DNA of 32,000 nucleotides. It comes from Candidatus Omnitrophota bacterium. Lineage in GTDB: Bacteria; Omnitrophota; Gorgyraeia; Zapsychrales; JANLHA01. The translations under genes were made by a program, and so were the position numbers. This document shows, piece after piece, positions 1-9,000 of the stretch. The notes under the pieces were generated by a model, which was not told the origin of the DNA, made no database searches, and was given only the letters and a program-made list of their open reading frames with translations. The stretch covers positions 2,400,001 through 2,432,000 of the forward strand of contig OY759724.1 in the NCBI GenBank assembly GCA_963662715.1, read 5' to 3'. The stretch's first letter is position 1; each line of letters begins with the position of its first letter.

Positions 1-30
1 CGAAAGAATCATTAAAAGGCAGATTTTAAA

Positions 31-405
31 TTATGTTGTTAGGTTTTTTCTCACCACGCTCAGAATTTCTTCCGCCTTAAATGGTTTAACGACATAGCCG
101 TCAGCACCTAATTTTACAGCTTCCGTAGCTGTCTCCTCAGACGCATAGATGGTCACCATAATAACTCCCACGCCGGGATAATCATTTTTGATGTGTTTAA
201 GTATTTCCAGCCCATTGCTGCTTGGCATTTTGATATCCAGCAGAACCAGGCCAATCTCCTTGTCGTTCGCAAGGCAGTCAAGGCCTTGTCCGGCGTCTTC
301 TGTGACAATCAGTTCATAAAAGTCACTGAGAATCAACTTAAGTGACTCCCGTACTCCTTCTTCGTCATCAATGATTAAAATTTTTTTTGACATTGGGGCC
401 TCCAT
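31..405 (-). CDS. Stand-alone response-regulator receiver (CheY-like) protein
   Basis: 124-aa ORF with the KKILIIDDEE acidic pocket, the LVLLDIKMP phospho-acceptor Asp block and the GADGYVVKPF conserved Lys block. No output domain. Lies 23 nt downstream of the XRE/cupin gene on the same strand. Confidence 0.9.
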   Translation of the reverse strand: MEAPMSKKILIIDDEEGVRESLKLILSDFYELIVTEDAGQGLDCLANDKEIGLVLLDIKMPSSNGLEILKHIKNDYPGVGVIMVTIYASEETATEAVKLGADGYVVKPFKAEEILSVVRKNLTT

Positions 406-428
406 AATTTTAAAAAATAAGGGATAGG

Positions 429-980
429 TTATAATTCTACCGGAGTCGTAACAGAGATCAATTTAGCCGGTCCGCTGCCGGTATTCTCAACAAAATGCTT
501 AAGCGTGGCATTAAAATACAATGTATCATTGGGTTTAAGGGGGTGGCTTCTTTCTCCTACATGCAGGATGAGTTCTCCCTCCAAGATAAAGATGAATTTT
601 TCCGTGCCGGGACGGTTTTGCTCGAGACTTGTCCTGCCGCCTTCCTCGATACGTAAGACAACAGGCAGCATTTTTTTGTTCATGATATTTCCTGTTAGAA
701 TTTCATAGGAAGCTTTGTCGTTGTAAGTGAATGATTCGGGGGCGTCCCCGAGCTCGGCCTGAACCATTGATTTTTGCGTGGTTTCAACCCCTTTATATAG
801 CTCAATCAGGTCAACACCCAGGGCTTGGGCTATCCGCATATGAGATTCCAGCGTGCCGGTCATTTTCATGTGTTCGATCCGGCTTAGGGTTGCAATCTGA
901 ATTCCGCTTTTTTCGGCCAGATCTTTTAATTTTAAATTTTTTGCTTTCCGCAATTCTTTTATTTTCTTTCCTAGTTCCAT
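429..980 (-). CDS. XRE-family HTH transcriptional regulator with C-terminal cupin domain
   Basis: 183-aa ORF. The N-terminus IKELRKAKNLKLKDLAEKSGIQIATLSRIE is a typical HTH_3 motif. The C-terminal half (FIFILEGELILHVG...LYFNATLKHFVENTG) looks like a cupin_2 beta-barrel. Confidence 0.85.
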   Translation of the reverse strand: MELGKKIKELRKAKNLKLKDLAEKSGIQIATLSRIEHMKMTGTLESHMRIAQALGVDLIELYKGVETTQKSMVQAELGDAPESFTYNDKASYEILTGNIMNKKMLPVVLRIEEGGRTSLEQNRPGTEKFIFILEGELILHVGERSHPLKPNDTLYFNATLKHFVENTGSGPAKLISVTTPVEL

Positions 981-1151
981 GGGGTATTACCTCTAATTAA
1001 TACATTTGATAAATGGCCTGAAAGCCAATAACGGCATTCTCTGGTGGTGCGAACCGTATGCCAGTAAATGCATACTACCTTAATAAGTAGTTTCTGTAGA
1101 TACAATATAAGGTTATCATGATTTGATTAAATTGCAATATTTATTTGATGA

Positions 1152-1179
1152 ATAATAAAATATATGTTGTTTCTGTCAA
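1152..1179 (-). promoter_or_regulatory. Candidate sigma70-type promoter (TTGACA-N16-TATTAT on the minus strand)
   Basis: The reverse complement reads TTGACA (1179-1174), a 16-nt spacer, then TATTAT (1157-1152). It faces the XRE/cupin gene but would give a 5' UTR of about 165 nt. Confidence 0.35.
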
Positions 1180-1263
1180 TTGTATTCATACTCGACAGGA
1201 AATGCACCTATTAAACAAATACATGAAGAATAACCATCCGACCTCCCAAATGGAGTTTGGGAA

Positions 1264-1572
1264 ATGTGTCCTGATAGTAATGGTTTAATCCAAACGTCAA
1301 ATACAATATCAGACCTTCAACAATGGGGTACTCATCAAACGACTCAAAAATCACTAGCTTTAGGTGGAGATTACATTGAATCCTTTCAAGTTCGTGTCAA
1401 TAAACAAGGATTAATTGACGCAATTCAACTTTATGAACAAACTTTTTCTGGGCAAATGGATTATAATGCATTAAATCATAATAGTAATTTTGCTGTAAAC
1501 AGTATAATATATGTAGCGGGTGGTGATATCCCTGCGGGCGGTCGGGCTCCCGGATTTCCATCTAATCCATAA
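1264..1572 (+). CDS. Hypothetical protein, possibly a 3' remnant of a longer gene
   Basis: 102-aa ORF in the AT-rich islet. The frame is open upstream to a stop at 1231-1233, with no earlier start, no signal peptide and no clear SD. Only a weak YNALNHNSNFAVNSIIY motif is visible and no family was recognised. Confidence 0.3.
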   Translation: MCPDSNGLIQTSNTISDLQQWGTHQTTQKSLALGGDYIESFQVRVNKQGLIDAIQLYEQTFSGQMDYNALNHNSNFAVNSIIYVAGGDIPAGGRAPGFPSNP

Positions 1573-1587
1573 TTAAGGAATATAAAA

Positions 1588-1977
1588 ATGATAAAGAAAA
1601 TATATGTGATTTTAAGTTTTCTGGTTCTCGCTATGTTTTTATATCCAATGAGAGGAGTTCCGATGGCGATAAACCCTGATAAATCCAACGAAATCATAAA
1701 AAAGTATAACCGAATCAATTTTTCTGATGGTATTAATAAAGATGAGGCAATTATTATTGCCCAACATAGTATTGTTACTGATGAGGAAAATAATTGGAAG
1801 GATAATTTGAAAGTAGCCAGCGCAGAAGTTGACAATAGTGGTCTTGATGAAGGTTGGTGGGCAGTAGGATTTGATGCCACATTAAGTTTTAAATCAAGAA
1901 CAGGGTTAAGATGGTTTACTATTCACATTGATAAAAAGACAGGAGAGATAAAAAGTAAGGGCTGGGGGCCTGCATAA
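1588..1977 (+). CDS. Small secreted protein, paralogue A (possibly PepSY-like fold)
   Basis: 129 aa with an AAGGA SD upstream and an N-terminal hydrophobic signal (IYVILSFLVLAMFLYP). Shares INFSDGINKDEAIIIAQHSIV and HIDKKTGEI blocks with the ORF at 2152-2550. Confidence 0.6.
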   Translation: MIKKIYVILSFLVLAMFLYPMRGVPMAINPDKSNEIIKKYNRINFSDGINKDEAIIIAQHSIVTDEENNWKDNLKVASAEVDNSGLDEGWWAVGFDATLSFKSRTGLRWFTIHIDKKTGEIKSKGWGPA

Positions 1978-2031
1978 TTTTCGACGAGAAGTGCAAAAGA
2001 GGCAGTCGTAGAAATGAAAGGGAAATGAAAG

Positions 2032-2059
2032 GGGACAGTCCCCAAGAAGGGACAGGTCG
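2032..2059 (+). repeat. Copy 1 of a 28-nt intergenic motif (GGGACAGTCCCCAAGAAGGGACAGGTCG)
   Basis: 25 of 28 positions are identical to 29373-29400. Contains a GTCCC-CAAGAA-GGGAC hairpin. Lies between the two paralogous small genes. Confidence 0.6.
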
Positions 2060-2151
2060 AATGAATTCCCTAATGCGCCTGGCTGGAATCCGGCCTTTGA
2101 AAGTGTCCCATCATCGATTCATCATTCATATGGTTATTGGGAGAATTGATT

Positions 2152-2550
2152 ATGAAAAGTCGTCATGGTGTTTTGATATATAGTTTCTCGCTGGTTATGG
2201 TTATATTAATCAATAATCAAGGAATAGCAATGGCTGGAAAACAGAGTGATTATTATCGAGAGAAATTAAAAGAGGTTGACCTGTCTGATGGAGTTACTCA
2301 AGACGAAGCTATCATTATTGCCCAACATAATGTTATTAGTGGCATAGAGAGAGGAGATGTTTTTTATGAAAAACTTGATATTGCTGAAGCAAAAATATTC
2401 GAGGACCCGTGGTATATTAATGAGTTTCCAGAAGATTGGATTATTCTGTTTCCGATAAGGCGAGGATTTTCATCTATAGGTTCTAATGAATATCTTGTGT
2501 TTGTACACAAAGAGAATGGGGAAGTAGTGCATGGCGGTGAAAGAAAATAG
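2152..2550 (+). CDS. Small secreted protein, paralogue B (possibly PepSY-like fold)
   Basis: The ATG at 2152 is preceded by GGGAGA at 2139-2144; the track ORF instead starts at TTG 2137. Has a signal-like VLIYSFSLVMVILINNQGIAMA. Shares VDLSDGVTQDEAIIIAQHNVI and HKENGEV blocks with paralogue A. Confidence 0.6.
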   Translation: MKSRHGVLIYSFSLVMVILINNQGIAMAGKQSDYYREKLKEVDLSDGVTQDEAIIIAQHNVISGIERGDVFYEKLDIAEAKIFEDPWYINEFPEDWIILFPIRRGFSSIGSNEYLVFVHKENGEVVHGGERK

Positions 2551-2835
2551 GCGGTGTCGGTGTTGATTTTCTTGAAAGTAAACTTTGTAAAAGTGTTGGG
2601 ATGGGAAAAGCATAAATTTTCAATATTGTCCCTGATTTTTGTGTTATTTTTCCTGTGCGGCTGCGCAACGATAGCCGATTTAATTTGTTCCAAAATATCC
2701 CGGTAATTTGAAATAAGAAAAAAATGGATTAAGCCTCAATAGCCTTCATTGAGAATAGTTTGAAAAACCCCTCCCTTAACGCAGTTTTCATAACCCCGTA
2801 AACCAAATTATTAATTGCCAACGATAGGAGGGGGT

Positions 2836-3501
2836 ATGTTCAAATTCGGATTGCGGTGTCTGTTGTTATGTTTCTGGTTCTTTTCTTCCTGTCCTTCTGC
2901 CCGGGCTTTGATTATCATTAATGAATTCCTTGCTGATCCTCCCGGCGGTTTGTCCGGAGACGCCAATGCAGACGGGACGGGGTCCACTTCGCAGGATGAA
3001 TTTGTGGAATTATTCAACACGTCCGACACGTCTGTGGACATTTCGGGCTGGACGTTATCGGACGAATACAAGGTCAGGCATGTTTTTCCGGCCGGTTCGG
3101 TGATCCTTGCCCATGAGCTTTTTATTGTTTTCGGGGGCGGGAGCCCGGCCGGTCTGGATTATCTTTGGCAGGTGGCTTCGACCGGTGCTTTGGGGCTCAA
3201 CAATAGCGGAGATGTCCTTGTCCTCAGTGATGATCTGGATCAGGTGATGACCGAAGTGAGTTACGGCGCCGAAGCGAATTCGGATCAGTCCCTGGTTCGC
3301 GACCCGGAAACAGACCCGGATGCCGGGTTTGTTCAGCATACGCAGTTGGCTGATGCTTCGGGGCTGCTATTTTCTCCGGGGTTTTTAGTCTCGGGCTCCT
3401 CAGGCCGGGCCGTTGTCCCGGAACCGTTGTCGCTTTTTTGCCTGGGGTGGGGGATGTCCTTTTCTCTGTGGCAGCGGAGAAAATTGGGGTTGCCCGGATG
3501 A
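2836..3501 (+). CDS. Lamin-tail-domain (LTD) protein with C-terminal PEP-CTERM sorting signal
   Basis: The ATG at 2836 follows a GGAGGGGG SD, whereas the track ORF starts at 2815. It has a signal peptide FGLRCLLLCFWFFSSCPSARA and an LTD-type block LIINEFLADPPG...DEFVELFNTSDTSVDISGWTLSD. The C-terminus has VPEP, a hydrophobic span and then QRRK, which is the PEP-CTERM pattern. Confidence 0.85.
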   Translation: MFKFGLRCLLLCFWFFSSCPSARALIIINEFLADPPGGLSGDANADGTGSTSQDEFVELFNTSDTSVDISGWTLSDEYKVRHVFPAGSVILAHELFIVFGGGSPAGLDYLWQVASTGALGLNNSGDVLVLSDDLDQVMTEVSYGAEANSDQSLVRDPETDPDAGFVQHTQLADASGLLFSPGFLVSGSSGRAVVPEPLSLFCLGWGMSFSLWQRRKLGLPG

Positions 3502-3560
3502 AATATTGAAATTTTTAGTGACTTGCCATTTTATTTTTGATAAAATACTCCGGTTTTGAT

Positions 3561-3591
3561 GGGAATTACAAAGTAGGTAATTCCCATTTTT
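3561..3591 (+). terminator. Rho-independent terminator candidate
   Basis: Perfect 9-bp stem GGGAATTAC (3561-3569) / GTAATTCCC (3577-3585) with a 7-nt loop, followed by ATTTTTAT. Located downstream of the LTD gene. Confidence 0.6.
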
Positions 3592-3646
3592 ATGGGAGAA
3601 AGTGATAATTAATATAAATATATTTTTAAAAAACAGAAAATATGCC

Positions 3647-4102
3647 ATGTTAAAAAGACTATTTGAAAAAATTTTCCCTTGGAACAAAGATTCAAAGGTT
3701 GATTATTCAAACAAAAGGGTTTTGGTGGTTGATGACGGTGAGGTTGAACGGAAGTTTATTGAACATGCCCTGCAGGCGTTCGGCTTTGAAGTTGTCACGA
3801 CTGAAGACGGCTTCCAGGGCTTGAACTATGCCAAGAAGCACAAGTTTGACCTGATCATCCTCGACTATTATATGCCCAAAATAAACGGTAAGGCCGTTTG
3901 TAAAAGCTTAAAGGATGATCCCGAAACCAGGGATGTACCGGTTATTTTTCTAACCGGAAGCGCATCTCCCAAAGATATTATTGAATGTTATGAAGTCGGG
4001 GCGGAATATTTTCTGACCAAGCCCATCAGCGCCGGCCAGCTCACGAAACAGGTTAAAGCCATTTTCCATGATCTGCAGACAGATTTGTCCCCTGCCGATT
4101 AA
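3647..4102 (+). CDS. Stand-alone response-regulator receiver protein
   Basis: Receiver motifs RVLVVDDGEVE, DLIILDYYMPKING and AEYFLTKP. The start is ambiguous between GTG 3602 in the track and ATG 3647; neither has a good SD. Confidence 0.85.
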   Translation: MLKRLFEKIFPWNKDSKVDYSNKRVLVVDDGEVERKFIEHALQAFGFEVVTTEDGFQGLNYAKKHKFDLIILDYYMPKINGKAVCKSLKDDPETRDVPVIFLTGSASPKDIIECYEVGAEYFLTKPISAGQLTKQVKAIFHDLQTDLSPAD

Positions 4103-4120
4103 ATATTTTACGATTTAACT

Positions 4121-5395
4121 ATGCTTGATATCAAATTTATTAGAGATAATGCTGCATTTGTCGAAAAAGGGCTTTCCGCCAAGAATGTCAGGGTGGATCT
4201 GCAGGCGCTGATTGAATTGGACGAGACAAAGCGGAAGCTGTTGACCGAGGTGGACGGGTTGAGAGCTCAGAAAAACGAGGCCAATAATGACATCAGCCGG
4301 TTTATAAAGGAGAAGAAGGACCCTAAAGAGAAAATCGCGGCGATGAAAGAGATCGCGGTACGGATTGACCAGCTTGAGCCGCAGATCAAGCAGCTTGAAT
4401 CTCAAATATATTCCATTCTTATCGCCATTCCCAATATCCCTCATGAAAGTGTTCCGGTGGGCGGGGCGGATCAGAACACCGAGGTCCGGACCTGGGGAGA
4501 ACCTAAAAAGTTGGACTTTACGGCCAAGGATCATATTGCCCTGGCCGAAGCTTTGGACATCATTGATTTTAAACGGGGCGCGAAATTAAGCGGGTCGCAT
4601 TTTATTCTTTATAAAAACGACGGGGCCCTGCTGGAAAGAGCGCTTGTGAATTTTATGCTCGATTTGCACACCCGAGAACACGGTTATCAGGAAATGTTCC
4701 CGCCGATTCTCGTGAACACCGCTTCCATGACCGGCACCGGGCAGCTGCCCAAAATGAAAGATGATATGTATCATCTCGAGACAGATGACCTTTATTTGAT
4801 CCCCACGGCGGAAGTCCCGGTGACAAATATCCACCGGGATGAAATCCTGCCTGAAGAGCAGCTTCCCCTGTCTTATACGGCTTACACGCCCTGTTTCCGC
4901 CGGGAAGCCGGTTCCTACGGGAAGGATACCCGGGGCCTTGTCCGGGTTCATCAATTTGATAAGGTGGAAATGGTGAAGTTCGTTAAGCCGGAAACGTCGT
5001 ATGATGAATTAGAGACCTTAGTCGGTCATGCGGAAAAAATCCTGCAATTATTAGGGTTGCCTTACCGTGTTTTGATGCTGGCGAGCGGGGACCTGAGCTT
5101 TGCCGCCGCGAAATGCTATGATTTGGAGGCTTATGTCCCGGGGCTGGACAAATGGCTTGAAGTGTCGAGCTGTTCAACATTTGAGGATTTTCAGGCCCGC
5201 CGGGCCAACATCCGCTTCAAGGGGAAGGAGACCCCGAAAACCACTTTCGTTCACACCCTTAACGGTTCAGGGGTTGCTTTGGCCCGGACGGTTATCGCAA
5301 TTCTTGAGAACTATCAGACTGCCGACGGAGACGTCATTATCCCGGAAGTATTGCGCCCTTACATGCATGGTAAAGAGAAGTTAACGAGACAATAA
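4121..5395 (+). CDS. serS: Seryl-tRNA synthetase
   Basis: 424 aa with an N-terminal coiled-coil arm and class-II core blocks: [52 protein letters not shown] and [22 protein letters not shown]. Confidence 0.97.
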   Translation: MLDIKFIRDNAAFVEKGLSAKNVRVDLQALIELDETKRKLLTEVDGLRAQKNEANNDISRFIKEKKDPKEKIAAMKEIAVRIDQLEPQIKQLESQIYSILIAIPNIPHESVPVGGADQNTEVRTWGEPKKLDFTAKDHIALAEALDIIDFKRGAKLSGSHFILYKNDGALLERALVNFMLDLHTREHGYQEMFPPILVNTASMTGTGQLPKMKDDMYHLETDDLYLIPTAEVPVTNIHRDEILPEEQLPLSYTAYTPCFRREAGSYGKDTRGLVRVHQFDKVEMVKFVKPETSYDELETLVGHAEKILQLLGLPYRVLMLASGDLSFAAAKCYDLEAYVPGLDKWLEVSSCSTFEDFQARRANIRFKGKETPKTTFVHTLNGSGVALARTVIAILENYQTADGDVIIPEVLRPYMHGKEKLTRQ

Positions 5396-5413
5396 ATTTT
5401 AGAGGCTCAAAAA

Positions 5414-5998
5414 ATGGTGGGAGTTGTCAAATTTACTGTTGCTGTTATTCTTTTACCTTTAATCTATGCCGCGACGCAGGGCTACACTGATGAAATGGCC
5501 CGCAGCAAGTCTTTGGCCGAATTTTTCTGGCGGGGGGTTTTTGCTTATACGTTTTGGCATCTGTTTGTTTTTACCTTTGCCCGTCTTTTCGATTTTATTC
5601 AGAAGATATTCTCCGAGCTTTTTCGTTTTTCAGCGGTTGTCCAGTCGGTCGTCCCGAACAGCATCCCTTTCGGGCCGACGATGCTGCTTATCCTGTATTA
5701 TCTTTGTTCGCATATCTTCCGTTTCAAGGGAGGGGAACCGGTTGTTTTCTTCCTGGCAGGGTTTTCTCTGGCGGTGCATGTTATATTAATGGCGGCCCAG
5801 CTGTATGAGGAAGATCAGACTGTCGTGAAGTCCCATTATTTCTTTTCCCTCGGCCTGTTCTACCTCGCCAACCTGATGCTAGTCTCGATGCTGCTGGATT
5901 TGAATTTCGAGAGCTTTTCATTCATCCGGTTTTGGCAGCAATCGGCTGATCTTACCCTGCATCATTACAAGTACATCCTTCACAAGTTCATCCTTTGA
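5414..5998 (+). CDS. Polytopic membrane protein, unknown function
   Basis: 194 aa with about five hydrophobic spans. Starts 18 nt after serS. No recognisable catalytic motif. Confidence 0.55.
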   Translation: MVGVVKFTVAVILLPLIYAATQGYTDEMARSKSLAEFFWRGVFAYTFWHLFVFTFARLFDFIQKIFSELFRFSAVVQSVVPNSIPFGPTMLLILYYLCSHIFRFKGGEPVVFFLAGFSLAVHVILMAAQLYEEDQTVVKSHYFFSLGLFYLANLMLVSMLLDLNFESFSFIRFWQQSADLTLHHYKYILHKFIL

Positions 5999-6048
5999 GT
6001 TCCGGGAATTTAAAGGCCGGAGCCGGCGGGGAGGACGGGAATTAAGTC

Positions 6049-6077
6049 TTGTCCCCCCGGAGGGGATATACTATAAT
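6049..6077 (+). promoter_or_regulatory. Candidate sigma70-type promoter (TTGTCC-N17-TATAAT)
   Basis: TTGTCC at 6049-6054, a 17-nt spacer, then a consensus TATAAT at 6072-6077. The first ATG of the giant ORF (6088) lies 11 nt after the -10 element. Confidence 0.35.
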
Positions 6078-6087
6078 TATTAGTACT

Positions 6088-9000
6088 ATGATTATAAAGT
6101 ATATCAAGAAAAGTCAGCCCCGGAGACGTTTTTATGCCCTTTTTGCCGTTGTTATGCTGGCGTGCCGTCTTTTTATCCCCGTAAACCTGAGCTATGCCCA
6201 AACAGTCTTAAGCCTGCCTGAACCCGGCTCAAGGGTTTCTCTGTCTTCGGAATATGTCCCGGTGCTTTTAAAAGGGTTGAAGCTTTATCCCAATCCTTTT
6301 CAATTTGATTTTATTATGGATACAGGGCATTCGGAATTGGAAGGGGCAGAGCTTCGTCAGGAATCAACGACGCTGATCAAATATTTCCTCGCGGCTTTAA
6401 CCATCCCGGAGAAAGAGCTCTGGGTGAACCTTTCTCCTTTTGAGAAGGAGCGGATCATCCCGGAATCTTTCGGGGCCACGGAAATGGGGCGGGATCTGCT
6501 GGCCCAGGACTATTTGTTAAAACAATTAACCGCTTCTTTGATGAATCCCGAAGAGGACCTTGGACAAAAGTTCTGGGACAGGATTTATCAGAAAGCCTTT
6601 GAGCTTTACGGCACAACAAGTATTCCGGTGAACACCTTCAATAAGATATGGATCATCCCGGAAGAGGCTTTGGTTTATTCTGAAAATGATGCTGTGTTTA
6701 TCATAAAAGGCCGTCTGAAAGTCCTGCTGGAACAGGATTATCTGGCTATGCAGGAGGTCGTCGACAGTTCTATCGGCATAGCTCTTAAGATTCAGAATAA
6801 ACAGGACCCTGTTACGAAAAAACTGCACGAGGATACGGTCGATATCGTGCGGGATTTAATTGTTCCCGAAATTGAAAAGGAAGTGAATGAGGGGAAAAAT
6901 TTCGCCAAGCTCAGGCAGATTTTTCACGCTGTCATTTTAGCCAAATGGTATAAGCAGAATTTGCAGGAGAATATTCTAAATAAGAAATATGCGGACCAGC
7001 GCAAGACAGACGGCGTCGAAGTCGATGATAAAGAGATCAAGGATAAGATTTATCAGCAGTATCTCGCGGCATTCCGGAAGGGGGTCTATAACCTCATTAA
7101 AGAGGACTACGACCCCAACGAGCGGAAAATGGTCCCCCGCAAGTATTTCCTCGGCGGGTCTTCGATGATCGTTACCCTTAAGGAGACAAAGAACAGCGCC
7201 TCCCTGCAGGAGGCGGAAAACATCCGTTTGATCAGGGTTTCAAGCGCCGTGGGGTTGCCGAACGGGATAGTGGCGGAAGCCGGAAGGTCTTTGGTGTCTT
7301 CTCCTGTGGACGGACCTCCGGCAGAACTTAGGCCGTTCGGGGATAAAGTGTCTGAGGAAGAATTGAAGCTGTCCGCTTTCCTGCGTGATATGTACGGTGT
7401 TTTATCCGGGATGGCGGCTCAGGTGGAAGAGTTTGTCTCGGTCACGCAAAAGGCGGAACTTCTTCCTAAAACATTTGAGGATTTTGATGCCCGGCTGTCT
7501 GATGCCTGGACAAAGATGATGACCCGGATTGGGCAGCTGTTGAATGATGACGGGATCAAATATGATATTTTCATCAAGAATGCCGTAACGCACAGATTTC
7601 AGTATTCCCGGCTTATGGAATCCCTGACCGGGTATAAGGGCCTGTATAAAGACGGAAAAATTTCCGGTGACCGCGCAGCTTTTATACAGGCTCTTGCGGA
7701 TGTTCAGGACACGCTGGCCCTTTTAAAAATACAGGTCCAGAACCTCGGGACGGAGTTGCACGAAGGCCGTTTCAGTAAAACCTCTGCAGGAAGAATTCAG
7801 CAGGTTCAGGTTGTTCTTGACGAACTGCAAAAGGGACAGGCTTATGTCGATGATGTGAAAGCCCTGCTGGCGGCCATGAATAAGAATCTCCGTCTGTTGG
7901 AGAATTTACTCAATCAGCAGACCCCGTTGTGGTCAAGTATCCAGAATCTGAAACAGCAGATTGAAACACAGCAGCATCAGCTGGTTGAGCTGGGGGAAAC
8001 CCTGGATGCTGCGGCGTTGTCGGAGGGCTTCTATATTTACCAGCCGGATGTGGATCTTGCCAGACGGTTTGACCTGCTGGACGGCGCGATGAGGAAACTT
8101 TCGGAAACTTTGGAAAAACGGGAGAGCTTTAACCCGATCTTTGCCAGATATTCTTTGCAGTCTATGCGGGGCACCCTGGTCATTTTAGCCGGGGATAATG
8201 CCGTTTTAGAGCAGAAGATTCAGTCCAGTATGGAATGGTTCCTGAAGAAAGGAGAGGGCTCACCGGTGTCCTCCCCTGTTCCCGAGGAGCCGCCGGCGGC
8301 GGACGCAGCCCGGATAACAGAAACACTGGTTACGTTCTTTATTTCAAAATCGCGGGGTTTTCTGGATATCCTCCGTTCCGAGACCGGCCGCCTCACGCAA
8401 TGGGGCGACACCCGTCCGTTCCCTAAGACCCTGCAGGAGATTTATCAGCGGATCGATATGTACTATGAAGAAATATTCTTGGCGGAAATCGAAATATTGA
8501 GAGATTCAACGGTCGGGGGAAACCGGAAGCTCGTTGACGGCATTAATGAGCTTGAACTGCTGATTTTTTCCGCAAGGGCGCAGCTTGATAAATGGAAAGA
8601 TGAGGCTGTATCTGTGAGAACGGTTGATGCCGGACTCCTGCAGGAACGCCGGACGATTCTTGAGAATGAGATCTCTGGGTTTGAAGAAGCGTTGAGCCAG
8701 TTTGAGGCGGATTTTAAACTGGGCGTTTATACCGCAGATGCCGAGAACCAGGAACGGCCCGCGGCATTGATGACCGGATTTTTGGAACAGGCCAAACAGA
8801 CATTAACGGAATTTGAAACAATTTTAACCCGTTTGCGCCGGGATGTTCAAGAGACCGTTATGCTGGAATCAGCCAAAGTGTCGGAATACCGCAGACTTCA
8901 GACGGCTTATAAGATGCTGGACCGGATGAAAGAAGAGCTCATTGCTCATGACGCGATGAAGTCTTTTGGCGAAGCCAGGGAATTGCTGGGCAGTATAAAT

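Noticed and set aside
4103-4120. Possible functional link or T-box-type control between serS and the tRNA-Ser gene 24 kb downstream.
   Set aside because: Only 18 nt separate serS from the preceding gene, so there is no room for a leader RNA. Co-occurrence of serS and one tRNA-Ser in 32 kb is unremarkable.
5414-5998. Membrane protein considered as the exosortase partner for the PEP-CTERM protein.
   Set aside because: At 194 aa it is too small for an exosortase, and I could not find the conserved Cys/Arg/His catalytic arrangement. It is left as an unknown membrane protein.
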